62,912 bases of DNA, filler included, from Bigelowiella natans CCMP2755 (GCA_000320545.1; 9 parts of 9 records of this genome joined end to end with filler, not necessarily neighbours in it), one strand, 5' to 3'. Counted from the first letter of the whole stretch, positions 1 to 13,276 are shown. Notes: a model not told the origin generated them from the sequence alone. Numbers and translations: made by a program.

Positions 1-4
<4 letters not shown>

Positions 5-82
<78 letters not shown>

Positions 83-83
83 T

Positions 84-120
<37 letters not shown>

Positions 121-122
121 TA

Positions 123-174
<52 letters not shown>

Positions 175-196
175 TGTGTGTGTGTGTGTGTGTGTG
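5..196. repeat. Compound microsatellite (CA)18(GA)19..(TA)15..(TC)23..(TG)12; representative of hundreds of intronic SSRs in the window
   Basis: Directly visible. Similar (TA)n, (CA/TG)n, (GA/TC)n, (CAT)n, (TAG)n, (CTT)n and poly-C/G tracts fill most introns. Confidence 0.97.
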
Positions 197-272
197 TTCG
201 AATATTTATGTTGATGAGCTACCAAGTGTGCTACAGTATAGGCACTACCTCTAACGAGCTCATTCTCCTCAC

Positions 273-494
273 CAGCCAGAGCCGCAACCGCTGCCAGCTG
301 CCCTGTGATGGTGCTGGCCGACGATGACGATGGCGATGAGGCGGAGGAGGATGAGGAGGAGGATGACAGTGGCAATCCCGTGGAGCTACTGCTGCTACCA
401 CTGTGGGTCGAAGAAGCTACAAGCACGTTGTCGCGCTGGCAAAACCCATGACCGGAGCAGTGCAAGTGACAATAGCTACCGATAGATGATGATG

Positions 495-525
<31 letters not shown>

Positions 526-2663
526 GGAGGAGGCGTTTCTAGCTGCCTTATCATCACTTTTATAGGTGCCTAGCCCGTCATTTTGCTCCGTACTAGCCAC
601 GTTGGTGCTAACGGAGCAATCAGGCCCTGAGTATCCATCCTGGCACGTACATGCAGTCGTGGCCTTTATAGAAGACTTGTTATTTCCAGCAGATTCAATC
701 GTGCACAGGCCGTGGCCAGTGCAGTTTCTTGGGCACTAACGAGTATGCAGAAGGGGGGGGGGGGGAGGGGGGGGAGAAGGAGGAGGTCAGAGCTGTTCGC
801 AGAGGCAGTCGCAACTTCCAGCAACAAGAGCACATGTACAATGTGCAGAGGAATGAATGACGATAGTAGTGGTGGTAGTGGTAGCATTCGTACTAATTGG
901 AGGGAGCAGTCAGGCCCCCAGAACCCGTAATGGCAGCTGCACTGGCCGCTACGTGTATCGCACCGCCCATGATTTTCATCTGAAGATTGGTGATAGATTA
1001 GCACGACTGAGACACAAGAGAAGGCGTCAGCATCCAGCAGTCCCACCTTCGGTGATTCATTCGTGTTTGCAGCAGGATCTATCTACACAGAACCGACGAT
1101 CTTCACTCGTCATCATCGTCGTCGTCATCACCATCATCATCGTCATCACCATCATCATCATCATTGCATTCCTGCTAGATCACCGCCGCCACTAACTACT
1201 ACGACAACGAAATGTATTTATTCCTTGACGTCAATCGAGAAGAAGAGAGAAAGACCCACCAGTACACGAATTCGGGCATGTGCGCTGGGAGCAGTCATCT
1301 CCCTCGAAGCCCGGCTTGCAGATGCACGTGTGGAAGCAATGGCCGTTCCCAGAGCATGAATTAGGGCAGAAGTCAGGCCTTTCGGAGTCGCAGTGCTTTC
1401 CTGTTCAACCAAAGGGCAGAAAGAGAAAGAGGGAGGGAGAGAGAGAGAGAGAGAGAGAGCGAGAGAAAGAGAAACAGATCGAAAGACATGAAGTAAGGAA
1501 TAGTAGGCGGAGGAGATACAGATATCGCTCTGATGGAAAGTTTCTCGAAGGAAACCATCGCAATCGTCAACAGTATCTCACAATGCCAGCTGCTGCTGGC
1601 ATAACATCCGAATAAAATATGAATCGTGGGCGATGCGATTTTGAAAGCGTTGTTGACGTTTTTTTTCCATCCTGCAATCGTGGCTAAGTTCGGACTGAAT
1701 TGTTGTTGTTGTTGTTGTTGTTGTTTAGTTGTTCCTGTAATTGTGACAGGAGGACCTTGGAAACCTGCCTTGCATTCACACAGCGCGATAGCTCCTGACT
1801 CATCCAGCTGCCGAGCAGAAGCGTTGGCTATTCGGCTGATATCATAGAGGAGGAGGAGGGAAGGTGGAGGAGGAGGAGTACAAGGGTGTAAAGAGTACGT
1901 ACACATTAAGAATAAGAAGAATAGCCACTCTCTCGTGTGTTGTGATTGTTGCTGTAATGAGAACTCGGTGATTTAATCATCAGCGATGTTTTGTCTATCA
2001 TGATGTTCTCTCCATCATGAAGAACACGCGCTCCTCGAAGTGTAGGTACCCCGTCGCACAAGACTGCTCAGTGCACACTCCGTCCGTGTCCAGAAAGCGC
2101 ATTTCTCCTCCGAAGCACCGCTCCGAGCTGCATCCTGTGACAATGGCAATAAATGCAGCAGCAGCAGCAGCAACAACAACAAAAACACCGACGAATTTCT
2201 CATACTCGTACATACGCAATATATCTTACTCACGTCCGAAGAGAGATTAAGACGTAAGGAGGGGAGGCAGTTGTTGATGGGTTCTCCGGAGGGAAAGAGA
2301 GGGAGAGAGAGAGGGGGGGGAGGGAGAGAAGTAACTGCACGCGCACTTCATTTTGGAAATAACCACAACGTTGTCACATATCCTACCTCCGAGGAAGAAG
2401 ACCCTGCTTTCCCCGTACCCACCATCGTTCCTCCCCTGGAAGAAGGCAGTCGCGTCGATGAGCGTATGCTTCCTCCTGGCCTCGGGGGCCAAACGCACGT
2501 CGCGAAAGTTGTGCAGAAGCGAGGGGGGGGCATCCCTCCATCGGTTGCTGCCTGTCTCAAAGAACCGCAGCTCGAAGTCAGGACAATCCGAGGCGGAGGA
2601 GGAGGAGGAGGAGGAGGACGATGCCGGCGAGGAGGGAGACCCACCGCAGCCACCTGCGATCAG

Positions 2664-2708
<45 letters not shown>

Positions 2709-2829
2709 CATTACGGCGTGTGGACGAAACAGCGACGAGCGCTTGGGAGAGAGCATGAAAGGGAATCATCCATACGCACACTTAGTTAACGTTCTTGACA
2801 ACAGTTACTTACTACTGCTACAGAAACTT

Positions 2830-2863
<34 letters not shown>

Positions 2864-3620
2864 CAGCTAGCAGGAGAATAGGACCATCGTCCCCTTTCGA
2901 ATCAGAACTATGGTGCTGCTGCTGCTGCTGCTGCTGCTGCTGCATGTGTTTGGGGAGAGAGGAAGACGGAGGAAGCACGGTCAAGGCTGCAAACGAGCGC
3001 CCATAACTGCCGGGCAATGACGGTAAGCGGTTCCATTTCCAGCCGCCAGTATTGAGGGAGGAAAGAGCGAGTAGATCGTTGAATTCCTTTTGGTAAAACG
3101 AACGACGAAAAGCATTTTATGATAACGGTTCACGATACAAACTACAAAATATATGTTTTGATTATGATCAACGCACACACTCACACGCACACACTCACAC
3201 GCACACACACCCACACACAATGGATCTGGCTACTACCTGCGACATGTCAGTTCCCCCGAAGATATAAACCGTGTTCCCATATACGGCGCTCGCATGACCG
3301 AATCTAGAGCCAATAGTAGCAGCGATAGGAAAAGGAAACGGAGGAAGAGGAGGAGGCGGAGGAGGAAAGACGCGAGCAGACACAAACAGAGATCATTAAT
3401 CAACAAATAATAGCAACTGGTTGATCGACCAGCTTACGGGTGGGGGGGGGATAGTAACCCACCGTGGCTCAGGAGAATCTGCCGTTTGTGGCATCTTCGG
3501 CCTCTCCCACACACACTGCCGGGGAGTGCCGGTGTTTTTTCCAACACTGGCACCTGTGAGGGATTCGTCGTAGACGCGAATATGTGCAACGTGGAGAGAA
3601 TCTTGTGGGCCTAGAATGAT

Positions 3621-3660
<40 letters not shown>

Positions 3661-3892
3661 GTATTTATATGATTGTGGTGGTGGCGGAAATGATGACAAT
3701 GGGAACAGATTTTGCCGTACACCAAATCAAATCACGACATCCACTCCTCTTGCCCCACAGTCAATTGTGACCCTTAAAAAAAAAAAGTGTGTTTAGTGCG
3801 ACACCCCCCCCCCCCCCCCCCTCAATATGAACAACCTGTGGCATCCGAATAGCCCCCGAAGATGACCAGCTTAGTGTGTTCCCCGGGTGTTT
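273..3892 (-). CDS. Kelch-repeat + tenascin/teneurin-type EGF-repeat protein (multi-exon, partial: 5' end in gap, 3' end off the left edge)
   Basis: Minus-strand exons give kelch motifs KLVIFGGYSDAT (~3840-3890), SRFGHASAVYGNTVYIFGGTD (~3240-3320), KWNRLPSLPGSYGRSFAAL..GPILLLAG (~2870-3050) and APEARRKHTL..RVFFLGG (~2350-2640). EGF repeats follow: FCPNSCSGNGHCFHTCICKPGFEGDDCSQRTCPNSC (1260-1400), HGRCDTRSGQCSCHYGFWGPDCS (893-982), CPRNCTGHGLC..CTCQDGYSGPDCS and CHLHCSGHGFC (273-736). Exons are bounded by GT-AG. Confidence 0.85.
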
Positions 3893-4015
3893 TGGGGGGG
3901 AGGACACTCAAGCTTGGACTTTTTGAACCCTAAAAAGGGAAATCCCCCGGCCCACCACCCCGAAAGGTGACTACCCCAACCATTTCTCCATAGAAAAAAT
4001 CCTCCTCAGGTCTTA

Positions 4016-4115
4016 NNNNNNNNNNNNNNNNNNNNNNNNNNNNNNNNNNNNNNNNNNNNTTAATTAATTAANNNNNNNNNNNNNNNNNNNNNNNNNNNNN
4101 NNNNNNNNNNNNNNN
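4016..4115. other. Assembly gap with artificial linker
   Basis: 44 N + TTAATTAATTAA + 44 N. Confidence 0.98.
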
Positions 4116-4180
<65 letters not shown>

Positions 4181-4356
4181 AGAAAGAAGAAAACCACGCT
4201 ATTTACCTCTGCCGCTTTAGTTTCTTAATCCTTTTTATTTATGTTCTTCTCTTCTCCTTCTTCTTCTTCTTCTTCTCTTCTTCTTCTTCTTTTCTATTAT
4301 TATTCTCTATATTTTATTGTGTGAAACATGAGTCATTGTGTATTAATGAATAGCAG

Positions 4357-4529
4357 GTAATAATACCGCAAGCTACGCTTTTGCTCCAAAAACTAGCCGA
4401 AGCAAGAGATCAAGTAAATCGGGAACACAATACCAACAATTTCTCTCCTGATAATCCTACTGCTGTAGCTGTTTCTAATGTAAGTTGTAATAGTAGTAGT
4501 AGATATGTTTATCATCAAACAGTTATCTT

Positions 4530-4565
<36 letters not shown>

Positions 4566-5286
4566 AAACAGCAATGTCCTCCCTTGATCCTAGTTTAATT
4601 AATCGTTGTTATCTTATTCTCAATCATTTTTCTTCTTCTTCTTCTAAATGTTTGCACTCATCATCAGGGAAGTAGTGTGGATAAACGAATAGATCCACAA
4701 GATGGACACTTGTACACAAAGTATGAGTTTTTCCAACGATATCGGTAGTAGTAGTAGTACATTATTCTGATTATGCAGTAGTAGTAGTAGTAGTAGTAGT
4801 AGTAATCATCGTCATCGTCGTCATTGTCGTGATCTTACTACTAGTACTTGATTCTTCTTATGCTGTAACCTACTTACTTATCAAGGCGGCTAGATGAATG
4901 GAATGCTGCCGAGAAAGAAACTGCAACAAGACAGCAGCTCTCTACTAATCAACCCAAGATAAAAGTAGTTAATACATTGCTCTATCTTGATAACAACACA
5001 CTGTAATAATGAATAGGATCTAGATCCACCACATCTTAATAGCAAACACACACACCGTAATAATGTATAGGATCTAGATCCACAGGTGGTAAGGCTCAAA
5101 AGAGTTGTTGCGTGGAGTGGTAAAGAAGTAAAGAAATGGCTAGAATCTGTCAGAGAGAAGGTATGAAGCAATAGGATGATGACGCGGCTAGTAATACTTC
5201 TATTTCTTAGCTGTACTTTGTAATGATGATAAATGCCTATGGAGCACCCATATATACATTAAGTAGTAGTAGGAAGAGGAGTATTG

Positions 5287-5325
<39 letters not shown>

Positions 5326-5884
5326 ATAGTAGGAGAGTGTACACATGTTGTTGGCTCTTATCAGCAAATCTAGATACATTGCACTCAACCGTAAAAAGAC
5401 GACAACATCCCATAATTAAACATCATTAAAATATAAATAACACATACTACTTTCAGTTTGGAATTACAGAGCATTCAACAGAAACATTCACGGCGTATGG
5501 AGTAAATGGTAATAAGTCATATCATGTCTGAGTAGCCACACTTATAACTCTATTTGTGATTTTAGTAGCCACACCTATAACTCTATTTGTGATTTTGCTG
5601 CCTCAAGACTTTGTAATCTGATGTATTTTTATTGTTATGATTCATACAAAATGCCTTCATTGTACTTTAGGTGATATCTTACTAGATCTTAGAGAGAGAG
5701 ATATAAGAGACATTGGAATAAGATTGTCACAGGTAATGATAATAATAATAATAATGTTGTGCTGTAAGCCTCATTTACATCATTTGTATACTCCTTAAAC
5801 CATCGATATTATCTTTTGTAGGCAAAAGCGATTCTCTCCGCGATTAATTCATTGAAACAAGTTGACAACAACGTTGTGGTATGA
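4357..5884 (+). CDS. C-terminal SAM (sterile alpha motif) domain protein, 5' end in gap
   Basis: Spliced exons read VIIPQATLLLQKLAEARDQV.. / GSSVDKRIDPQDGHLYTKYEFFQRYR / RLDEWNAAEKET.. / VVRLKRVVAWSGKEVKKWLESVREK / FGITEHSTETFTAYGVNG / DILLDLRERDIRDIGIRLSQ / AKAILSAINSLKQVDNNVVV*. The W-S-x-x-V-x-x-W-L...G..LL.L...D.G pattern is a SAM signature. Confidence 0.8.
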
Positions 5885-5989
5885 GGTTGAAATAGTGTTG
5901 ATGTATCATAATACTCGTCCAAAATGCATTTATGTTCTGGGCGTCGTTCAATTAAAGACAAAAGATGACTATCGGCCAACGGACCTTTT

Positions 5990-7130
5990 GATATTAAAGA
6001 AATAATGCACTTCCTTGTACTAAAACGCATGCTACACATACACACACACGCATGCATACATGTGTACATGTGTATGTGCGTGCCCGTGTCGCACGTGTGG
6101 ATGATGCATGATGATGTGCATGCCATCACAGTGCCTCGGCAACGTGTGTGTGCACGCTGGCTTGTGCGCGGTTGTTGTGCTAGTCTAATTCAAAATGAAA
6201 CACATGCAAGGAAAACAACAAATCTATTATGGATCGTAGTGCACGTGCTAGCGTGTGCAATGATGCGGTGCTAGCGGTGGCCGGATGGGCAACATATTCA
6301 ATGCAAGGACACAGCCATGCAGGCTGCGTACTGACACGCAAAACTTTTGCACGACTGGCAATAATGTGCACAGACGCCGCATGATCGATCTGTATAGTCT
6401 GGACAATAGTCACAGTGATGTGATATGCATCATGTGCATGTTACATTGCGTTATCTACATGTAATGAACATGTCTCCTCAATGAAATTTATGAGCGTTGT
6501 CACATGCAATGCACGCGCTCGCACACATCATTTCATTCATTTAAAATTTGCTTCTGCATAGCATGCATGCTTAAAATTACACGTTGTTTAAAAGACACGC
6601 AATGAATGTTGCAAAAAACTGAAAAGATGCATTTGGTGACTGTGAAGAAACAAATGAACTTTGTTGAAAGGCTTTGTCTGGGACATGTCTACAATAGACA
6701 CAGTAATATGATGCATATTCACATGTATATTACATGTTGTATGTTGTCTATTGTCTGGCACACACACCCCCACACTCATTGTTTGTTGATTCATCAAGGT
6801 TTTAAGGGATCATCATGTCACAATGAGGTGAAATGTTCTGACTTCAGCCTATCTGCGCCGTTGACGAGTGCCATCATGAGCATCATTGATGCATATGTAA
6901 ATGTAGATGTACAAAGAAGTACATAGCATGTTGCGATTTTAATAGCTCACCAGTTATCATAGCACACGCAGAGCATATGACAACGAGCGGCACGCTGAAA
7001 TGATAAGCTTAGTGCTATTCAAATGACGCGAATTTCCCTCTAGTGTCCATTGGATTTCATTACAAAAATCTCTAGCATTGTGAATGACTAAATTATAAAT
7101 CTAGTATCTCATCATCTCGTTGCAATAATC
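5990..7130. other. Intergenic CATG/TGCA-rich, purine-pyrimidine-alternating block (possible eroded repeat)
   Basis: Dense catg/tgca/cacg words with no long microsatellites and no credible ORF, between two convergent gene ends. Confidence 0.55.
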
Positions 7131-7137
7131 GATACTT

Positions 7138-8654
7138 CTATTTGGCATCATACCATGTCATTGCAGACTTTGCATCCACTACTAGCGCTACCCGTAGAGA
7201 ATTTCCTGTGCCAAATGGATTCTCCATGCAATCCCTGTTTGCATCACATTATAGTTAGCCAAAAATATTTTGAATGTACTGATTATTTTCAGTGCGTGCA
7301 GTTTCCAGATAAGTACTAAAAGCGCGAAGAGAAGGAGATTGTTCCAGTGGTACAGAGAACACGTAACGGTTAAATTTTCATCCTACTTCAAGGCCGATAG
7401 AGCTTCACTAACATTTTCTTCAGGCCCCTCTAATATAACCTATACAAGAGGAATAATACATTTATAATAACTCTGTCCAGTTCCCTACTACCAAGAGGAA
7501 TAATACATTTATAACTCTCTCCAGTTCCCTATCATTATTTCCCTACTACCATTAGGACGATATGTCTACCTGCTTCTTCGTTTAAGACTATTTCTCATGC
7601 GGTGAGTTTTTGTTGATTACCCTACTACCTCATCATGAATTTGCAATATAAGTTTATAGCCCAAACGTCTCAGTCTCAGATCACTTCTGATTCTCAGCAT
7701 TGCCTAAATTGTAGAGTATAAGACCAGCACGCAAGTCAAGCAATATTCAGGTTAGGAAATAATATATTAGAAGCAACAGAATCACTTTTAGAACACACAC
7801 TCACCATCATAACAATGTCCGCAGCCCCTCCTTGAATAGGAGTATTTATTGCAGCTCTGCCAAAAGAAATATATAGTTTTGGGTCGGGCTGATACCTCAC
7901 TTTCAAAGTCTTAACTTTTCTCTTAACTCGCCTTATTTTTTTTGGTAAACATGTGATTGATGCTATTCTTGGCAAATTATCTCCAGACCTCATGTTATGT
8001 GCGCGAACTCTTCGATCATTGGATACAATATCTAGCAGATTCAATACATTCTCTTAAATAATAAGTCTAACACGAAACTTAGGCTGGTCTAGGAGAAGTA
8101 AAAAAAGTGAAATTTATTATCATTTTCATATCTTACTATTCTTGTTCTAGATCTATTCCGCTTACTTTCCCCCTAATATATATACTACTACAAATGTGCA
8201 CTTCATCATTAAATTATTTTATTTACCAGGTATTGGCCTATATCTCCCCATGAGTGTCCTGGTAACTTCTAATTGTTCGTAAGGAGTGCAGGAAGATTCC
8301 AAGGAGATTGCAGCAGAATTAGTAGGCACTTCTCATTCTGTGTGGTATAAATAAACTAAAAAATTTAATCACATTTTATACAAAACATTTCTTCTCCTGA
8401 TGGACTCTATGGTTGAGTGCTTTGCTTTTTTTGGTACTACAATTCACTTCAATTCACAAGTGCCAAGTATCACACTTACTTTCGTTTATGGCATCTGCTA
8501 TCTGTTTATCCTGCCATCTTTTCACTTCAGGACGATCGTTATACCTGTAGACGATGGAATGTTAAGGGGGGAGGTGGGGGGGGGGTGCAAATAAGAATAT
8601 TTTGGTTAATGTTGAGTAGCAAATCTCGAATTCTATAAATCTCTTATTCTGATT

Positions 8655-8693
<39 letters not shown>

Positions 8694-9319
8694 CTTCTAT
8701 TCCCTCATTTTCCTTCTCTTAGTCTAAATAAAGGACTATAATCGCGGCATGTACCAAAGACGAACAGTTTCTGCTGCCTCTTCCTTTGTAACTCCCCAAT
8801 CCTACAAATTGTTATATATCCCTTTATCATTATTCTATTTAAAATCATGATTTTTTAAATTAGTTGTGAGCGACATAAATTCAACGGAAAAGTAGATGCA
8901 GGTAGCTGAGCTGTCACACAAGGTGCAGAGGTATTTCTCACTGGTACAATTGATATAGCCTCTCATCATATTTTGGATTTTGAAAACTAAAACCGTTATT
9001 ACTTTTGCCAATCCGAATGCCGTTTTACCGTATGCGATCGAAAAATTTAGAGTTTTAGCCTTTTGTTGATTAAAAAAAATTAAATTTTGAGCCAAGACCA
9101 AAGTGATTTTTATTTTTAACTATATTGTACATAAGGACAAGTGCAATAATGGCTCAAATAAATACATCAGATCACTTATATAACAAATTATGCTCTTATA
9201 TAATCACCTTTCTCCTTTCAGAGCCGTAAACATCTTTCAGCATTGGCTTTGGTGGCTCTCCCTGATGAGTAATAAAAAAGGGATCTCAAGTGCATATTCT
9301 GATGGAGTTTATAATATTT

Positions 9320-9375
<56 letters not shown>

Positions 9376-11733
9376 CATGCAAATACCTTTTTATAATCCC
9401 ATTCTAAGAGAACATCTCCTCTCTCTACTGCTTCTGCCACCTAGAGATTCCAAAGTGTTACAATAATGTTTGTCGCTTGTTCAGCCGTTAAATGTTTAAC
9501 AGATAAGCATAAAAAATAAGGAAAAGAAAGAACTCATAATCTAGCAATCCACCAACTCACATCCGCATCTTCAACATCATGAGCTATAGATGAAGTAGTT
9601 AAACGGCTGCTAATAAAATATTACATGAGGATACATTCCAATGGCTGTCCTAGAGTGAAAGTCTCCTCCAGATTTAAACGCCTTCGTAATATATAACAAT
9701 ATTTTTTGTTTTCTAAAAGTTAAAAAGGTATTAATACGAGAATGATTCATGATTCATGAGGGTACACATGTAAAATATATCTAGGTGTGTAAGTGTGTGT
9801 GTAAATGTGTAAATATTGATTTAATTTCTTAGTCAAACAAACTATAAATATAACAACATATATAAATGTATACATGTATTCATGCTCGTGATTCATTAAT
9901 CCCAATGTCGCACAAAGTAAGTATTCAAATTTTAACGTTTATACTCTAGCAAACAATTTCGGACTTAAAAACTATAATAGAAGCATCATTCATTATCCCC
10001 ACCTCTATCATAGATGTGCAATTTGCCATATGTGCGAGTACACGAAGTTCTAATTGCCCGTAATCTGCCACTACAAAGTTGAATACATTGGAAATTAGGT
10101 ATAACTAGAGAAATGATGATACGGGAATATTAAAACGGACGTCTACAACTCCATTCAATGATGGAGTCTGAATTCGAGAGTATCATTAATAGAACGGGTA
10201 TATTCATTCTCTCTGAAACATCATCTCGATAGGTAATATATAGATTGAAATACAAAGGGGCAAAGAAATTAATTTATAACCGATCAATTCATTTCCAGGG
10301 TCGCAACTAAATGCCGCTCGAATTTTATAAACATCCTGGAGTATAAATATAATTTGAAATTAAATTAAAGTTTTCATGCATGCTGCGGTCTGCAGCATGA
10401 TCAAGGACAATTATTCTGCTCTATCAGCGACGATTATAGTAGAAAGAAGCTTGGAATACTATCGGTGCAATAATTTCTAACACTAGGTCCAAAGATGAAA
10501 AGTAATTAAATGGTTAATTTACCTTCTCCAATGCTGGCTGATTCTGCAAATTGGGTTTTCTGGAACTCAATCTACAATGGCGTAATGAAGGCACCAGTAA
10601 TCAGTGAGAATCCTTCAGAAGCAACAGAAGAAATATAGGGCTCGTATTTATGTTGTCAATGTAGCCTCTAATATCAAAGAATATTCTATAAAAAATATTT
10701 GATATAGTAGTATAATCGGAGATATACCACTCACCGGCCTGTTTCTGTGTTGAGATTTAATGAGCAGTGCACACGATGATTATGATCTGCCTAGGATATT
10801 CGCATGACTCTCACTTAGGTGGCAAAAAAAAAAAAGTAAAGCTGAAAATTATTTTCATTATAAACGCGTGTAATGCAATACTTTATCATCATTCATACAC
10901 AAATAGGCTGCTGCTTGTGAGGCTAGGTACAGTGATTGACAAAAGTGAAAGAAGTGGTAAATACCATCGATATGAGAGGCTCTATGAAGGTGTTCAACAT
11001 CTTCGTTAGAAAATTCACCTGAAAGTGTAATCGAAAACAATTAAATGGAAATTACTTGCAGTATCAAAATTATCACACTCACTTGATTGAGGCTATCAAC
11101 CGCAAGGCATGCTTCCTTTCCTTTCTCACCGCCACCAAAAAACTCATATAAGATCCTGTTGGGTTGTCAAATTTGCAAAGATTCGTTAGTTGTTTGAAAA
11201 AATTGAAAATGTAGGTGAGACAAAAGAGTGAAAGATTCGGAAATGTAGATAATAGGACCCATATTGTGGAAGTCGCTCATCCGATTCCTCCCTTGGAGTT
11301 CCAGCTAATTTCTTAAGAATTTCACTGCTTACCTTAATTAGAAAATTCTTCAAATTACTTAGGCAGTAATTGGCTTTTTGAGTTTCATTATTAGGATGGT
11401 TTAACTTCTAGTTAAAAAAATTGAACCAATGCTGCTAACCTACCTGTGGTTTCCCAGATTGTGTGAGGGAAATTGGCGCTATTCCAAGCCCAGACAACTC
11501 AAATGGCAAGTGCTTTTTGGGTCTATTTAATATTTCGAAGAATTTCAGATAAATTTACGGCGGCAAAGAATATGTGGTAGGGTAGGTTCGTATTCTATGA
11601 TAATTTTCTCTTCTCTTCTTGAGTTAATTATTTACCTGGCTTGCCCTGGTTGCATAACCCCATCAGTATTTAAGTACTTAAATTCTCTTGTTTTATTTAG
11701 ATTTGCCTTATTATGGCCTCCAAAGAAGAACTA

Positions 11734-11773
<40 letters not shown>

Positions 11774-11810
11774 ATATATGCACATATATATAAACACATA
11801 CACACACAAT

Positions 11811-11853
<43 letters not shown>

Positions 11854-11942
11854 ATGATCGTTGAAAGGTTATAGCGAACAGTAGAATTAGCAACAAAACT
11901 GTTCGATGTTCTTGAACATTTCTCTTTCTCTTTCTTTTTTAA

Positions 11943-11974
<32 letters not shown>

Positions 11975-12005
11975 GCCGTATCTCTTTCTCATCTGTGTTT
12001 GCGTT

Positions 12006-12048
<43 letters not shown>

Positions 12049-13228
12049 CGCGTTTTGTATTTTATCAATTTTTCTAACCTGCTGCTTTTGTGCATCAGAG
12101 TATATATTCATGTACTTTGCCTCCGGTATTTGCTTTATAGCCCACTGACATATTGGTATTTCCAAGTAAATGAAACTTAAGGTTGAAGCAGTAATGGAGT
12201 TATTTACGCTAACCATGATAACGACGTGACAATGTTTAGAATAATAATAATTTAATTCAAACTATCACTCTAAATTATTCATGTTCTAGAATGTAAAATC
12301 TAACACTCCCATCGTTGGTATTTTGACTCTCAAGAAATATGGTAACCTGTTGAAAATCATGTGCGTATTTGTCTATATCTGCTAAGGCCTGCGGTAACAA
12401 TAGTGGAGAATGGTAAGGGTGATGTAGCAAAGAGGGAAAAGGGGGAGGACAGAAAAAGATAGATATCTTTTATACAAGTCTCAAGAACTTGAAAAAAATT
12501 ATTCACCTTTTCTCTTAGTTCTGGAAGATAGTTCTCATCTAGCACTCGGAACCCAAGTCTACCAACCAAAAGGGAGATAAAAACATTGTTGCACCCTTCA
12601 AAAATCCACTACTTTCAATTGTTTGGGTATTACATAGCAACTTTGTGTCAAACGTAATAATGAAAGGCAGCATGATTACTTACTACCTTTCCATATCTGT
12701 CAGTACCTCGCCAAATGGCACCCAGTATTCCTAGAATTATGGATAAGCATAGCAGTCATGCATTATTTCTAATATTTCTTTTATGATGATTCAAATAATC
12801 TACAGGAACTGATTATACGTATACTGTATTTCAGAAAGAGGCTAATTGTTCCAAAAGTACAATCAATCATATATACTTTATGTACATACGTTAGTACAAG
12901 TATAGTTGCTCATATTTCGGCAAAAAAAAATAGCACAAAATTTCATTTTAATGAGTACATTATAAAAATCCATTTGTGTCCTCCTTCCTGGCTCAGGAGT
13001 CCAGCTAATATATAATGCGAGTATGATTCAGGCTATTGCGTAAAAAGGATCTATAATTATTAATTACAGTATCTGCTTTCCTTTTTTACAATGTTATAAT
13101 TGACCACGGTGGGTGAGAAAGGTTTATAGTAGCACACTTGCAGCGAACATATCGAGATATTTATAGAATCTTATTAATATGATCCGCAGGCAACGCAAAT
13201 GAAAACGTAAAACAAAAGAGAATATGTT

Positions 13229-13276
<48 letters not shown>

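Noticed and set aside
4060-4071. TTAATTAATTAA repeated eight times in the window as a possible dispersed motif
   Set aside because: It is always centred in exactly 88 Ns and puts stop codons in all six frames, so it is a scaffolding linker, not biology.
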